From: a virus
DNA length: 64,000 bases
IMG/VR virus record: IMGVR_UViG_3300041405_000225
Coordinates: 1-64,000 of that record
Direction: 5' to 3' (one strand)
Part shown: positions 27,899 through 37,468 of the stretch, piece by piece
Layout of the letters: each line of letters starts with the position of its first letter
How positions within the stretch are numbered: position 1 is the first letter of the stretch
Made by a program: the position numbers and the translations under genes
Notes under the pieces: model-generated
What the model was told of the DNA's origin: nothing
Seen by the model: only the letters and a program-made list of their open reading frames with translations
Databases searched by the model: none

Positions 27899-29016
27899 GC
27901 GTCACCACCATTGTCCAAAGCGGCGATCTCGGCTTGGCGCTGGGCCATGGCTTCTCGCTGGGCATTTGTTTGTTCCAGGCCGAGGCGATACGCCTCATTA
28001 AGTCGCTCTGTGTCCACTTGGGCCGCGGGTGGCTGTGCCGGCTCGATGTTCATGTTGAAGATCCGTCCCAGCATTTCCAGATACGGGCGAGCGTCGTAAA
28101 CCTTCATTTCAAGCCCGTCCTTGGTTTCTTTCACGCCGCCGTACAGCGCCAGCGCGCCAGGTGAAAGGTGGCGGGTGTCCTTGAGCACGAGCTGGCCGAT
28201 ACCGTTGCCATTGCACTCAGGGCAGTCCGGGTGCGGATCCAGATTGGTGTCAAAGCCCAGTCCGCCCAGTTCGTCGAACACCGGTGGCTTGCGCTTCATA
28301 TGCTTGGCTTCAGCCACCAGCTCTTGGTGCCGGGCCTTTCTCGCTTCCAGTTCACGCGGGGTCATCTGGTAGCGGAAATCCTTGCCATGGCAGCACCGAC
28401 AGCACTTGTAGATGTATTCCACCAGTTCGCGGGGATCAGCCATGGCCGCGCCGTAGATCCGCTGAATCACACGCCCGGTGATTTCCTCGGTCTTGGCGAA
28501 CAGCTCCGCGCGCTTGGCCAGGGTGTAGGGATGTTCCTTAACCTTCTTTAACAGGCGACTGGCTGCCGCAGCGGCTACGGCGTCGGATTTGCACTCGTAG
28601 CCCGCATCTAGATACGCCTGAGTGCCGTTTTGAGTGACCAGCCAAAGGTCGACAAACTTCGCTTGGCGGGCGTCTAAATCGTGGAGACTCCCAGCCTGCA
28701 AGGCTTCCAGCTCTTTGGTGTTCAGCTTTACGGCTTTCTTTACTCGGGTACTCCCACCGGTTTTGCGTGGCGGTTTGGTCGGTGCGGGCGCAGCTGTAGC
28801 CCCTGCCGCTGGCTTGGTCGCGGCGGGCCTCTTGGGTTTTGCTGGGGCTTTTTTCGATGCCTTTGCAGGGGCCGTTTTTAGAACGCGACCAGCCCTCACC
28901 TTAACTTCTGGCTTTTGAGGGGGTGTAAACACGGGCCGGCCAGTATCGTCCGGGGATTGTTTATCCTCGGCAGATTTGGATTGAACATCAGTACCCTCGA
29001 TCTTTTTCCGTGCCAC
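27895..29016 (-). CDS. terS: Terminase small subunit
   Basis: QAKFVDLWLVTQNGTQAYLDAGY HTH, CRCC/CPEC insert, GVKETKDGLEMK..D...LEMLGR. Confidence 0.85.
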   Translation of the reverse strand: MARKKIEGTDVQSKSAEDKQSPDDTGRPVFTPPQKPEVKVRAGRVLKTAPAKASKKAPAKPKRPAATKPAAGATAAPAPTKPPRKTGGSTRVKKAVKLNTKELEALQAGSLHDLDARQAKFVDLWLVTQNGTQAYLDAGYECKSDAVAAAAASRLLKKVKEHPYTLAKRAELFAKTEEITGRVIQRIYGAAMADPRELVEYIYKCCRCCHGKDFRYQMTPRELEARKARHQELVAEAKHMKRKPPVFDELGGLGFDTNLDPHPDCPECNGNGIGQLVLKDTRHLSPGALALYGGVKETKDGLEMKVYDARPYLEMLGRIFNMNIEPAQPPAAQVDTERLNEAYRLGLEQTNAQREAMAQRQAEIAALDNGGDA

Positions 29017-29363
29017 TTGTCAGCAACCTTAATGCAAAGTTTCTTGGCTATCGACCACGTAAAAACCGCAACTTTCTGCACGCATGGCGCAAAAAAACCC
29101 GCAACCGCGGGCCAGAATCCTAGAAGGATCAGCCCGCCGAAACGGGCTCCCCAATGCCGTATAGGGGACGCCACGGCGGGCGCTGCAATGGTGTCGAGCC
29201 ATTTCCCCAATTTTGACCGTTATCCAACATCGGCTACCTGATGAAGCCTCCCTGTCGAAAGACTTCAAAAGCTCGGGACCGTGTGGCATCCCTTACCCAG
29301 CACCTAGCGCACGACAGCCCGGCATGGCCACCCTATGCCGGGTGGCTGACTTACAAACCGGTG

Positions 29364-30116
29364 TTAAAACAGGGCTTGCTGTACAGCTTCACTCACCTGT
29401 TGCACCGTGCAGACAGGATGATCGAATTCGATAAGGGCAGATTCGCGTTGTTTGCTTGCAATTCGGTCTTTCACTGACACCGACAGCTCGGAGATAAGGC
29501 GCTCCAACTTGCCACCACCACGCAGGCCTTCAAACGCCGAACCGTGATGCTTGCGGATGACCGCCAATGCATCGCTCAGCTCGATGGAGATTTCAGCCAC
29601 TCGGCCCAGCAGCACGCGATCCATGCTCGCGCCTTCGACGCTGATTGCCGTCACTCGGGCCAAGCCTTCCAGATAACGCTGGTTGTATTTGCCAAGAACT
29701 GCCGTCAAGACGCCCGTAATCAGGGCCTGATTGCCCTCTTCAGGGGCCAGTCCAAGATCATCAGTGCGACCCAGCAGATAGTCGGTGGTGACTTCGTAAA
29801 GATCGGCCAGCACCTGAAGATTTTTCAGACTCGGCGATCGGTGACCATTTTCGAAGAGGCTGATCATCGTCAGATTGGAATGACCGAGACGCTTAGCCAC
29901 TTCCAAATCCTTGAGGCCAGCGGCCCGGCGGGCTCTCACAAGGCGACTGGCAACAACATCGCGCAGGGCCTGCTCTTCATCCTTAGCGCGGCTCGATGGG
30001 CTCATGCCCTCCCCGCACTCATCAGGTTCAAACATGGCCAGGTTTGCAGGCGCAGCATCGAACTGCTCGCCCTCCACCAGCGCGATCCCTTCCCCGTTAT
30101 CACCGTTCGCAGACAA
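29364..30116 (-). CDS. XRE HTH regulator
   Basis: RLVRARRAAGL...ISLFENGHRSPS...LADLYEVTTDYLLGR; operator at 30155. Confidence 0.8.
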   Translation of the reverse strand: MSANGDNGEGIALVEGEQFDAAPANLAMFEPDECGEGMSPSSRAKDEEQALRDVVASRLVRARRAAGLKDLEVAKRLGHSNLTMISLFENGHRSPSLKNLQVLADLYEVTTDYLLGRTDDLGLAPEEGNQALITGVLTAVLGKYNQRYLEGLARVTAISVEGASMDRVLLGRVAEISIELSDALAVIRKHHGSAFEGLRGGGKLERLISELSVSVKDRIASKQRESALIEFDHPVCTVQQVSEAVQQALF

Positions 30117-30384
30117 TTTGGCGTCACCTTTTAGTCAGTGGCGCCATTAAATTGTATCCCCGGACCAATCGCAACCCCGAAATGCCTAAATAGTTCCCAA
30201 TGACTGGTGGAACTTTTGCCAACTTCCTATTATTTCAGGCGCCCCCGATTCTGAAGTTAAGCGCGTTTTTACCGACATTCCCCGACGGATCCAATCCGTT
30301 AGGCTCAAGGCTACCGCCTGTCAGGCTACGCCCGTAGCAATGCATGACACCCCCGAAAATAAAGGGCCCGCAACTGATCCGGTT

Positions 30385-30654
30385 TCAGCACAGCTCAGCC
30401 TGATTACGCTGATGGATCTCTATTAATAGCGTTTTTATGGCTTCGCAGCGCACTGGATCAATGGGTTCCAGCTGCGCCAGGAATGCCCGGCGGGCGTACA
30501 GGTCCAGACTCATCAGATAGTGCGCTTCGTAGCGATCGCGCAGGCCGCCACCTTCATGACAATAGCGTTTTGTTGGTGGATGGCATGAGCGGCAAAGCAT
30601 GGCGTGATTTATATAAACCTCATGCGCCTCGTGCGTTGCCTCGTCCAGCAGCAT
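30385..30654 (-). CDS. Hypothetical protein (Cys/His motif)
   Basis: YINHAMLCRSC...YC; coupled ORF. Confidence 0.6.
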   Translation of the reverse strand: MLLDEATHEAHEVYINHAMLCRSCHPPTKRYCHEGGGLRDRYEAHYLMSLDLYARRAFLAQLEPIDPVRCEAIKTLLIEIHQRNQAELC

Positions 30655-31163
30655 CAGAAATCCTCCATCTTCCAGGACGGATCGATATTTTTCCCCCCAT
30701 CCACTTTCATGACGGCTATGAATTTGAATATCGGGAATTTTTCGGCAGCTACCTTGATCTTTACTCGCGCGTCATCAGTCCAAAATCCCTTCACTTCATG
30801 CACCTCCAGGTGCCCGCTGGCCAGCTGCACGAGAAAGTCCGGCGCATAGGTCGTTTTCGGGGCCAGCACCAGCTTGAAGGGCTCAAACTGGTACCACACC
30901 ACCTCACCGATCATCCGGCGCCTCTCCAAATGCGCTTGGTAAAGTTCTTCGGTCTTATTCAGCTCGCCCGTTTTCAAGCGCCCCAGCGCCTGCATAGCCT
31001 TCATCCCGCCACCGGCTGCCGACTTCTTGCCCGACGCTCCGGGCATGCGCATGTGTTCCGGTTCCTCACCCTTCTTGCCAGCTCCACGCCTACCCAGCGC
31101 CCTTTGAGTCATGGCCGGCGGCAGGCGGGCCAGATCTTCTTCGCTGAATATCCGCTTGCTCAT
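30654..31163 (-). CDS. PD-(D/E)XK endonuclease (DUF1064-like)
   Basis: TYAPDFLV...VHEVKG. Confidence 0.75.
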   Translation of the reverse strand: MSKRIFSEEDLARLPPAMTQRALGRRGAGKKGEEPEHMRMPGASGKKSAAGGGMKAMQALGRLKTGELNKTEELYQAHLERRRMIGEVVWYQFEPFKLVLAPKTTYAPDFLVQLASGHLEVHEVKGFWTDDARVKIKVAAEKFPIFKFIAVMKVDGGKNIDPSWKMEDF

Positions 31164-31363
31164 TGCACCACCACGCCATCACAGCACCGGCAAGACCGCA
31201 CAGAAGCGCGCGCACGCAACCAGAGCATGTAATCGCGCTGCACCTGCGGCTCTTTGTATTCATCCAGGTTGCGCCCCATCGGGCCTTTCTTGCGATCAAA
31301 TGGGCCTTCGTGGTCACACTCAAAATCACTACGGGCTTCATCGACTACTTCAAACGCGCTCAC
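31160..31363 (-). CDS. Hypothetical protein
   Basis: Short coupled ORF. Confidence 0.5.
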   Translation of the reverse strand: MSAFEVVDEARSDFECDHEGPFDRKKGPMGRNLDEYKEPQVQRDYMLWLRARASVRSCRCCDGVVVQ

Positions 31364-31494
31364 TTCACAGTCTCCAGACGATCGAACGGGGAACGGAACA
31401 GCTCCTGATCTGCGCTGGCCAATTTAATAGCGCGCACGGGGGCGCCACCCGCGGGGTTTGCAGGTGTTCGCAGTCAGTCAGAGAGTTGTGTGGA

Positions 31495-32295
31495 TCAGGC
31501 TTGCAGCTGCTGCTCGGGCGGTCTGTCCACTTGGCGGCGCAGATACACAGCGGCCAGATCCATCGGGAACAGCGAGCGCTCACCGCTCTGAATGGCTGTG
31601 TCGAGCGTCCACTGCCGTGTTTCAGTATTCATGCGATGCCAGCCTGTGTTTGGGAAATAGCCGAAGAACGACAGCACCTCAGTGGCTTCACACAACAGGA
31701 AGTGCGTGGCCATCGACTCTTCGTCCATCATTCGCTGGATCTCTTCCAAGTGGTACGAGCGCAAACCTCCCGGCAAGGCATGGCCGTTGTAAGCAATTGG
31801 TGGCTCCAGCCCCATGGATTCGCACCGCTCCAGATGAAACGCCAGCGATCGGACAGGCCCGGCATCATCGTTCACGGCAAAGGCTGCATGCTTGAACAAC
31901 CTGCGGGCGCGTGGCATGCGCTCTTCAGAGGCAGCTTCCACTGGCACCCGGGGCCGTGGCACCAACTTGGGATTGATCGTCGTCACCTGCGCCCCTGAGC
32001 CGCCCTGCAATTGATCGTCGGTGCTCGATGCAGGTCTCGGGGTGGATCTACCCGGCTTCAGCAGTTCAGGGCGCTCACGCAGCGGTAGAAAGCCTTCTTC
32101 ACCAAGAATGACGCTACCAACGGCGCGCCCCATTTCGATCTGGTCCATAACGAACTCAACAAGCGCCAGCCCGCGGGCCAACAACAGGTTCAGATTTTGG
32201 TGCCCGCAACGCTTCAGCAGCCCCTGCACGCGCACCATGCTTTCGGGAGCCATAGAGAAAACGATTTCTTGCCGCTGTAGTGCCTGGCTGGTCAT
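31495..32295 (-). CDS. Hypothetical protein (possible N-terminal ribbon-helix-helix)
   Basis: GAGG RBS, conserved promoter at 32330-32372. Confidence 0.6.
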   Translation of the reverse strand: MTSQALQRQEIVFSMAPESMVRVQGLLKRCGHQNLNLLLARGLALVEFVMDQIEMGRAVGSVILGEEGFLPLRERPELLKPGRSTPRPASSTDDQLQGGSGAQVTTINPKLVPRPRVPVEAASEERMPRARRLFKHAAFAVNDDAGPVRSLAFHLERCESMGLEPPIAYNGHALPGGLRSYHLEEIQRMMDEESMATHFLLCEATEVLSFFGYFPNTGWHRMNTETRQWTLDTAIQSGERSLFPMDLAAVYLRRQVDRPPEQQLQA

Positions 32296-32329
32296 GGGTA
32301 CCTCTGAGCGTGTTGATTTGATATGCGAC

Positions 32330-32372
32330 ATAATGACATAAAGACAACATATCACAATAGCGTTTGTATGTT
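32330..32372 (-). promoter_or_regulatory. Early promoter family copy 1 (CATACAAACGCTA-TTGTGA-N16-CATTAT)
   Basis: Near-identical copies at 35745-35788 and 44491-44534. Confidence 0.7.
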
Positions 32373-32406
32373 TTCCGTTGTTTGCCTCCCCTTCGATCGC
32401 CAGACA

Positions 32407-32431
32407 TAAAAAAGCCCGCACGCGGCGGGCT
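32407..32431 (-). terminator. Intrinsic terminator
   Basis: AGCCCGC hairpin followed by T-tract on - strand. Confidence 0.7.
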
Positions 32432-32451
32432 CATCAGTAAATCGGTCTACC

Positions 32452-32697
32452 TCAACTGGGCACGGGCTCTTCGGCTTCAGCGTCCTGCACCAGCTTGTTC
32501 AGGCCGCCAATCAACTCGCCAACGGCGCTGGTGTAGGTTTCCTCTGCCTTGGCGCACGCCCGCAGCACTTTGTTGCGGCGGCTGGCAGACAGCTGGGTCG
32601 CTCCGGCAAGCTCGGTGATGGCTTTGCGGTGCTCTGCGCTGGCTTCATTGACCGGATCTAGGAAGCGGCGCAGGTATACGGTTTCAATTTTTGCCAT
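32452..32697 (-). CDS. Hypothetical protein
   Basis: 81-aa helical ORF (MAKIETVY...). Confidence 0.55.
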   Translation of the reverse strand: MAKIETVYLRRFLDPVNEASAEHRKAITELAGATQLSASRRNKVLRACAKAEETYTSAVGELIGGLNKLVQDAEAEEPVPS

Positions 32698-32914
32698 ATC
32701 GGCTCTGTCCTGGCTCGTCGAACTTGTGTGTCTGTACATACTGGATAAGGGCAATGCAGGCCGGGCAATCAACCATTGCGTCCGTGGGCAGGGCCTGATC
32801 GATATCCCCCTTCTGGCAGCCGCAAAGCGTGATGTATCCGATCCTGCCGACGTAATGTGTTTGATCACGGGCCGGGTGATAGACCTTTTCCGCAATGGGC
32901 AATTGCTTAGCCAT
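32684..32914 (-). CDS. Small zinc-finger-like protein
   Basis: H...TLCG...VDCPAC; GGAG RBS. Confidence 0.6.
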   Translation of the reverse strand: MAKQLPIAEKVYHPARDQTHYVGRIGYITLCGCQKGDIDQALPTDAMVDCPACIALIQYVQTHKFDEPGQSRYGKN

Positions 32915-32970
32915 GGTTTTCTACCTCCAGTCGATCGCACTCAGTTGCGAGTGGTTGAACATAAACGGCG

Positions 32971-33222
32971 TTACTCGTAACGCGACGGGCGGCTGCCTTC
33001 GGCAATGATCGCGTCGATCATCCCGGGCGCATCGCCAATCTTGTGCATGGCGTCCTCGGCGAACTGCTCAAACCAGCGGACGTTTAGGCGGACCACCTCG
33101 ACAAACGTCAGCTCGCCACTGTCCAGCTCTTCTTGGTGAATCGGCTCGAAACCGGTGGCGTCTTCGTAGGTCTTGAGCCAGGCGGCTTGCTCAGCGGTGA
33201 TGTTCTTGGCATAGACGGCCAT
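32971..33222 (-). CDS. Small acidic hypothetical protein
   Basis: AAGGA RBS, 83 aa. Confidence 0.6.
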   Translation of the reverse strand: MAVYAKNITAEQAAWLKTYEDATGFEPIHQEELDSGELTFVEVVRLNVRWFEQFAEDAMHKIGDAPGMIDAIIAEGSRPSRYE

Positions 33223-33244
33223 GGCGGGGGATCCTTTCTGTTGG

Positions 33245-33493
33245 TTATTCGAAGCGCTGGACCCCGGCCGATCCTTCGCCGGTAATCGCGCCGAGGTTGT
33301 GCAGTGTCTGCATCTGGAACTTGTGGCCGCAGTCTTCACACGACACCAGGCTGTAACGCTGATTGCCGTTGTCACCGGACGACGCCATGGCTCCCCACGC
33401 GCCGCCCATGGCGTGCTCTTCTGTCATGGTGAAGCTATAGCCGGATTGGCCGCCGCACTTCGGGCAGCCGTTTTCGGGGGTGTATGCAGTCAT
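33245..33493 (-). CDS. Zinc-ribbon protein
   Basis: CPKCG...CEDCG. Confidence 0.65.
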   Translation of the reverse strand: MTAYTPENGCPKCGGQSGYSFTMTEEHAMGGAWGAMASSGDNGNQRYSLVSCEDCGHKFQMQTLHNLGAITGEGSAGVQRFE

Positions 33494-33525
33494 GGCGGCG
33501 GGGGTTCCTTATCGTATGGTTCGGC

Positions 33526-33720
33526 TTACCAGGCGACATCTTGTCGGTATTCCAACTCAGCCCAATCCAGCCACTCTTTCTGAACCGCCGCGTCGACATA
33601 AACACCGCCGGTCGTGGCCAGGTTGGTCGCGGGATTTTCGGCGCGTTTTTTGGCTTCAAACTTTGGCCGATAGCCTTCGCGAAAATCTTCGGGGGACAAT
33701 AATTTTTTGAGCCTGGACAT
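33526..33720 (-). CDS. Hypothetical protein
   Basis: 64-aa ORF. Confidence 0.45.
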   Translation of the reverse strand: MSRLKKLLSPEDFREGYRPKFEAKKRAENPATNLATTGGVYVDAAVQKEWLDWAELEYRQDVAW

Positions 33721-33843
33721 TACACGCATCGCGCTCGGCCTTATGTTGATTGAGATAAAAGTCTAACCATTGTGACACGACCTACGCTGCCTTCAGTCGA
33801 CATGAACGGGTTCCTGTTCAGTTCATTATGGGTAACGTGCGGC

Positions 33844-34083
33844 CTAGTCTTCGCGTTCCAGGCGCAGCGCCGCTTTTCCTTCGACCCACTCGGCCTTGCG
33901 CCGCCATTCGTCAGCTTCGGCCTGTTCAACGGCCCCAACCGCGACCATGGCGTCGACATACCCGGCGGCATAGGTCTTGTTGCGCTCGACGTCCTCCAGG
34001 GACACGGCGCTTTCGATATCGGTGATTTGCGCCTGCACCTGGGCGCGGATCGTCTCGCGGTCTTCCGGGGTAAAGGTCGGCAT
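33844..34083 (-). CDS. Small acidic hypothetical protein
   Basis: AAGGAG RBS, 79 aa. Confidence 0.65.
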   Translation of the reverse strand: MPTFTPEDRETIRAQVQAQITDIESAVSLEDVERNKTYAAGYVDAMVAVGAVEQAEADEWRRKAEWVEGKAALRLERED

Positions 34084-34095
34084 GGCGGGGCTCCT

Positions 34096-34329
34096 TTAAC
34101 TGTTCAATTCGCGGGTCAAGGCGTCTTCAACGTGGTGACTGTAAGCAGAGTCGGCCAGCTCGCGCAGGTCGTGAGCTTCCTCCGGATCTATCAAGCCTTT
34201 GGCTTTCATTTGATCGACCTCATTGCGCAACTCAGCATTCCACACATCCAGCTGGTCGGTAGCCACCGTGCTGTCCAAACGCTCTTTCCAGTCCGCCAGC
34301 CGGCGCTCTCTTTCTGTTGTATCAGTCAT
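34096..34329 (-). CDS. Small acidic hypothetical protein
   Basis: GGAG RBS, 77 aa. Confidence 0.65.
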   Translation of the reverse strand: MTDTTERERRLADWKERLDSTVATDQLDVWNAELRNEVDQMKAKGLIDPEEAHDLRELADSAYSHHVEDALTRELNS

Positions 34330-34424
34330 GGCAGTGCTCCCCTCTCAAATGTCCGTCTTTTACACCTGGTGTAAAGGGGGTCAGAGATTGCCGGTAGTAG
34401 CAAGATTAGACCCATGCCAGAATA

Positions 34425-34440
34425 CTGGATATACATACAG
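34425..34440 (+). promoter_or_regulatory. LexA (SOS) box CTGGATATACATACAG
   Basis: CTG-N10-CAG with AT-alternating core, 16 nt before the ATG at 34457. Confidence 0.75.
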
Positions 34441-34456
34441 ATATCAGGTATCAATC

Positions 34457-34705
34457 ATGGCCCGTGAATTACCGCCATTCCGGCCTGTCACGCTGGACGA
34501 ATTGCGTTCAATCTGGTCCCAACATCCTAACTCTGACATTCAGCGTCTGGTGCTTGAGATCGTGCGCTACAGGGATGTTATCGCTGAAGTCGATCACCTT
34601 TACAAAACCACCCACCAGGCTTGGCGCGAAACCCACGGAGGCAACCTCATTGCCCTGCACCTGCTACAGAAACTCCTTAATGCAGAGCAGGAACGGCTGG
34701 CTTGA
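34457..34705 (+). CDS. SOS-regulated 82-aa protein
   Basis: MARELPPFRPVTLDELRSIW...; lone + strand gene in a - strand block, LexA box upstream. Confidence 0.7.
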   Translation: MARELPPFRPVTLDELRSIWSQHPNSDIQRLVLEIVRYRDVIAEVDHLYKTTHQAWRETHGGNLIALHLLQKLLNAEQERLA

Positions 34706-34717
34706 GCGGTGCCGACG

Positions 34718-34948
34718 TCAGTGACGTACGGGAGCGGGAATATCGCCCAGGCTGGCCGCCAACAACTCAACGCTTTCGGCAGTCTTCTCCAGCTCCATCA
34801 GCGCCCTCGCCTTCGATTTTGCATAGGCCGGGTCGTCTTTATCAGGGTATTGCTCAATCGCAAATCGGGTGATCTCCAGACTTGCGCGCATTTCCACGAC
34901 CTTCTGTCGAGCCTCTTCCAAATACTTATCAGTCATTGCAGGTTCCAT
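34718..34948 (-). CDS. Hypothetical protein
   Basis: 76-aa ORF. Confidence 0.55.
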   Translation of the reverse strand: MEPAMTDKYLEEARQKVVEMRASLEITRFAIEQYPDKDDPAYAKSKARALMELEKTAESVELLAASLGDIPAPVRH

Positions 34949-35045
34949 ACGATTGGCTTATTGCGGCGCTGGCCAGGGTGCTGTGCAGCAATGTGAGCGC
35001 CAACTGGAAAAGTCTTTCCAGTTAGGTGCAAAGTTTTTCTGATGG

Positions 35046-35291
35046 CTATGCGCCCCCGCTGTCGCGGTAGCAGCCGTAATGCCTTACATGCGTCGTTCCC
35101 ACATGGTCGCTATTGCTCCGCGCCAGGATCGCCTCGCACGACGACGACCGGCGCATTTCGTCTTGTAGGGCTTCGTCATCGACCGAGGCATACACGTTGT
35201 CGTCGATACCGACCAGTACCAGCCCTGCGCGCTTGATGCGTAGCAGCGCCGTCTCAAGCTGCTTGATGGCGTCGATTTGATTCTTTTTCAT
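35046..35291 (-). CDS. Hypothetical protein
   Basis: ATGA-coupled ORF. Confidence 0.6.
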   Translation of the reverse strand: MKKNQIDAIKQLETALLRIKRAGLVLVGIDDNVYASVDDEALQDEMRRSSSCEAILARSNSDHVGTTHVRHYGCYRDSGGA

Positions 35292-35713
35292 GATTTACCA
35301 CCTGGTGGGAAGTCGCCCGGGGCCGCCGACAGCACGTCGCCCAGCCACTTGGCAATGCGCTGCTGTTCATCCTTGGTTGCACGGTGCAGGAAGTCACGAA
35401 CCTCATCCGCCGCCCGTTCGACCGCCTCACGCTTGGACGGTGCAAAGCGCCCCCACTTTGGAAAAGGCTTGTACCCCTGCGCAGAGCCGTTGCGCGAATT
35501 CAGGCATGCCGCCCACATCCAGCGATTTTCAAAAGGCTCGATCTCAATACTGATCAGCGGCAACTCACCCATGGTGCGTTGGCACGCCCACTTGTGCGGA
35601 CGCATCAATTTCACCGTAAAGCCGGCGTCTACAGGCTCGGAAGCTGGCACAGAAAAAAGATCAAGCTGGATGCCGAAGGCTTTGCCTGTCTTGATGCCCT
35701 GGTTGGTGCGCAT
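35288..35713 (-). CDS. Hypothetical protein
   Basis: ORF behind early promoter copy 2 (upstream ATG overlaps the -10, so start placed at 35713). Confidence 0.6.
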   Translation of the reverse strand: MRTNQGIKTGKAFGIQLDLFSVPASEPVDAGFTVKLMRPHKWACQRTMGELPLISIEIEPFENRWMWAACLNSRNGSAQGYKPFPKWGRFAPSKREAVERAADEVRDFLHRATKDEQQRIAKWLGDVLSAAPGDFPPGGKS

Positions 35714-35744
35714 TGAGGTATTCCGTGCGGTGTTAATTGCCGAC

Positions 35745-35788
35745 ATAATGGCACAAAGGCGCTACATCACAATAGCGCTTTTATGTTT
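35745..35788 (-). promoter_or_regulatory. Early promoter family copy 2
   Basis: CATAAAAGCGCTA-TTGTGA-N16-CATTAT. Confidence 0.7.
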
Positions 35789-35821
35789 AATTTCGACATA
35801 ACCATTACGCAGGGTCGGGCA

Positions 35822-36457
35822 TCAGAACGATTCATCTGCGGGCTTGAGGCTCACATTCGGCAGCTCAAACCTGACAATCAGACTGGATGACTCCTTGTCG
35901 CTCACCAGCCGTATGGCCGCCGCCCGAACGTCTTCAGGCGCCGCCTTCAACATCGCTTCGACGTTTGCATAACCGGCAGTATCCGGCACTTCCAGATAGG
36001 TATAGGTCAGGTCGCCCGTTGCAAGCGCTGAGCTCTCAAAGGCCATGAACTTCTTCACGTAGTCGTCTTGGCTCACCGTGTTTCTCAGCGTCACCATGTC
36101 GAGAAACGACTTTTCGTTTTCCAGTGAAATGATGTTGAAGGACTTCGATAGCGCGTCGGACACTTTCGGGTACAGGCTCTGTTTGTACGGGGCAATCAGC
36201 GCCACCGTGCTCAGCCTGTCTTCCCGGAAGAACAGGGCCGCGGTGAACTTCTCGCCGAGAAATTCGAAGTTATCGGTGCAACGCCCTTTTTGCTCGGGGT
36301 TGGAGCAGTCGTAGTAGCCTGCTGATTTCGTGTATTTCCCGATAGGCGTGCCGTAGGTGTAGTCCTTGAACAGACTTACTCCAGCGGATGCGCTTGGGAT
36401 GCCGGCGAGCATGCCCAGGCTGGAAGTTAGCGCGAAAGCGAGTAGCTTTTTTGACAT
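35822..36457 (-). CDS. Exported/periplasmic protein (moron-like)
   Basis: Signal peptide MSKKLLAFALTSSLGMLAGIPSASA. Confidence 0.7.
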   Translation of the reverse strand: MSKKLLAFALTSSLGMLAGIPSASAGVSLFKDYTYGTPIGKYTKSAGYYDCSNPEQKGRCTDNFEFLGEKFTAALFFREDRLSTVALIAPYKQSLYPKVSDALSKSFNIISLENEKSFLDMVTLRNTVSQDDYVKKFMAFESSALATGDLTYTYLEVPDTAGYANVEAMLKAAPEDVRAAAIRLVSDKESSSLIVRFELPNVSLKPADESF

Positions 36458-36562
36458 TGAGGTCCATTCTCTTTGAGTAGTTAGGTGTCACTCCACCAGA
36501 CAATACTATGAAAGAGATTGCGCGGCCTCTATCGGCGCTGCCAGGCGACTTTTTGCAGGGCC

Positions 36563-36594
36563 AAAAAAAGGCGGCACATTGGCCGCCTTCTTTC
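36563..36594. terminator. Bidirectional intrinsic terminator after TA operon
   Basis: AAAAAAAGGCGGC-N5-GCCGCCTTCTTT. Confidence 0.7.
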
Positions 36595-36611
36595 ATTGTA
36601 CCCACCGCAAC

Positions 36612-36896
36612 TTATGCGGCTTTCATTTTCACTGTTACATCAATTTCCAGATTGGCGCTGGCCAACATGTTCACCAGTGCATCCAAGGAAAATTTGTCGA
36701 TCTTCCCCTTCAGCAAATCATTCAGCCGCGGCTGTGTCACATGCAACTGCTGAGCCGCTTCCTTCTGCGAGACATTCCAGGCCTTTACGGTCCTGGTGAT
36801 TGCCCGCATCAACTTGGATCGCAGGCGCAGGTTTTCAGCCTCTTCTGGCGAATCAACCAACGCATCCCACACTGAGGTAGAGCGTTCGTTTGCCAT
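36612..36896 (-). CDS. HigA-like XRE antitoxin
   Basis: SVWDAL...ENLRLRSKLM...SQKEAAQQLHVTQPRLNDLLKGKIDKFSLDALV. Confidence 0.85.
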   Translation of the reverse strand: MANERSTSVWDALVDSPEEAENLRLRSKLMRAITRTVKAWNVSQKEAAQQLHVTQPRLNDLLKGKIDKFSLDALVNMLASANLEIDVTVKMKAA

Positions 36897-36992
36897 TAGG
36901 TTATTCCCTCTAATTTTACTGCTTGGTTCGTTGAGTAGCGTTGAAGGTAGAAACGCCTTTCCCCCACCGATTGGTGAGGGGGCGCCCGTTCT

Positions 36993-37322
36993 TCAGTCCA
37001 GCGATTTCAACCGAGCTTTGCCCAAATCGATATCGCGCTTTTCCGTCTTTTGAGTGGTCTTCCGGAACGCGTGCAACACGTAGATCGCTTCCGGTCGATT
37101 CGCCACATAAAACACGCGAAAAGCCCCGTCATCACATTTAATCCGGATCTCTTGCACACCCGGACCAACTGTTTGCATCCACTTTGCATCATCCGGCTCA
37201 TCGCCTTCTTGCAGGAGCTCCAACTGGTACCCTGCTCGCTGCTTCGCTTCACTCGGGAAGTCCCGCAGATCGTCCTTGCTACTACCAACCCATTCGATGG
37301 GCTTCAATGCCTGATTGTTCAT
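36993..37322 (-). CDS. RelE/ParE-family (Gp49/HigB-like) toxin
   Basis: WVGSSKDDLRDFP...GPGVQEIRI...FRVFYVA...IYVLHAFRKTTQKT. Confidence 0.9.
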   Translation of the reverse strand: MNNQALKPIEWVGSSKDDLRDFPSEAKQRAGYQLELLQEGDEPDDAKWMQTVGPGVQEIRIKCDDGAFRVFYVANRPEAIYVLHAFRKTTQKTEKRDIDLGKARLKSLD

Positions 37323-37468
37323 TACGATGATCCCTTAGCCGATGTCGTCGGCGGTTAAATTTGCGATGTGCGGCCATGATTGCCTCTCCTGTCATGTGGT
37401 GATGTTGGGTAGCCTGTCCGCCTAATATTTGGCATTGGTCACAGAGCTTTTATTGACCCAACACGTAT

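Noticed and set aside
27895-29016. P1-type pac site (clustered TGATCA/G hexamers) in terS
   Set aside because: No such cluster visible
29415-29456. Possible tenth late promoter (AGCAAAC-N29-CATCCT) for terS
   Set aside because: Inside a coding region ~390 nt from terS with a weak -10; could be chance
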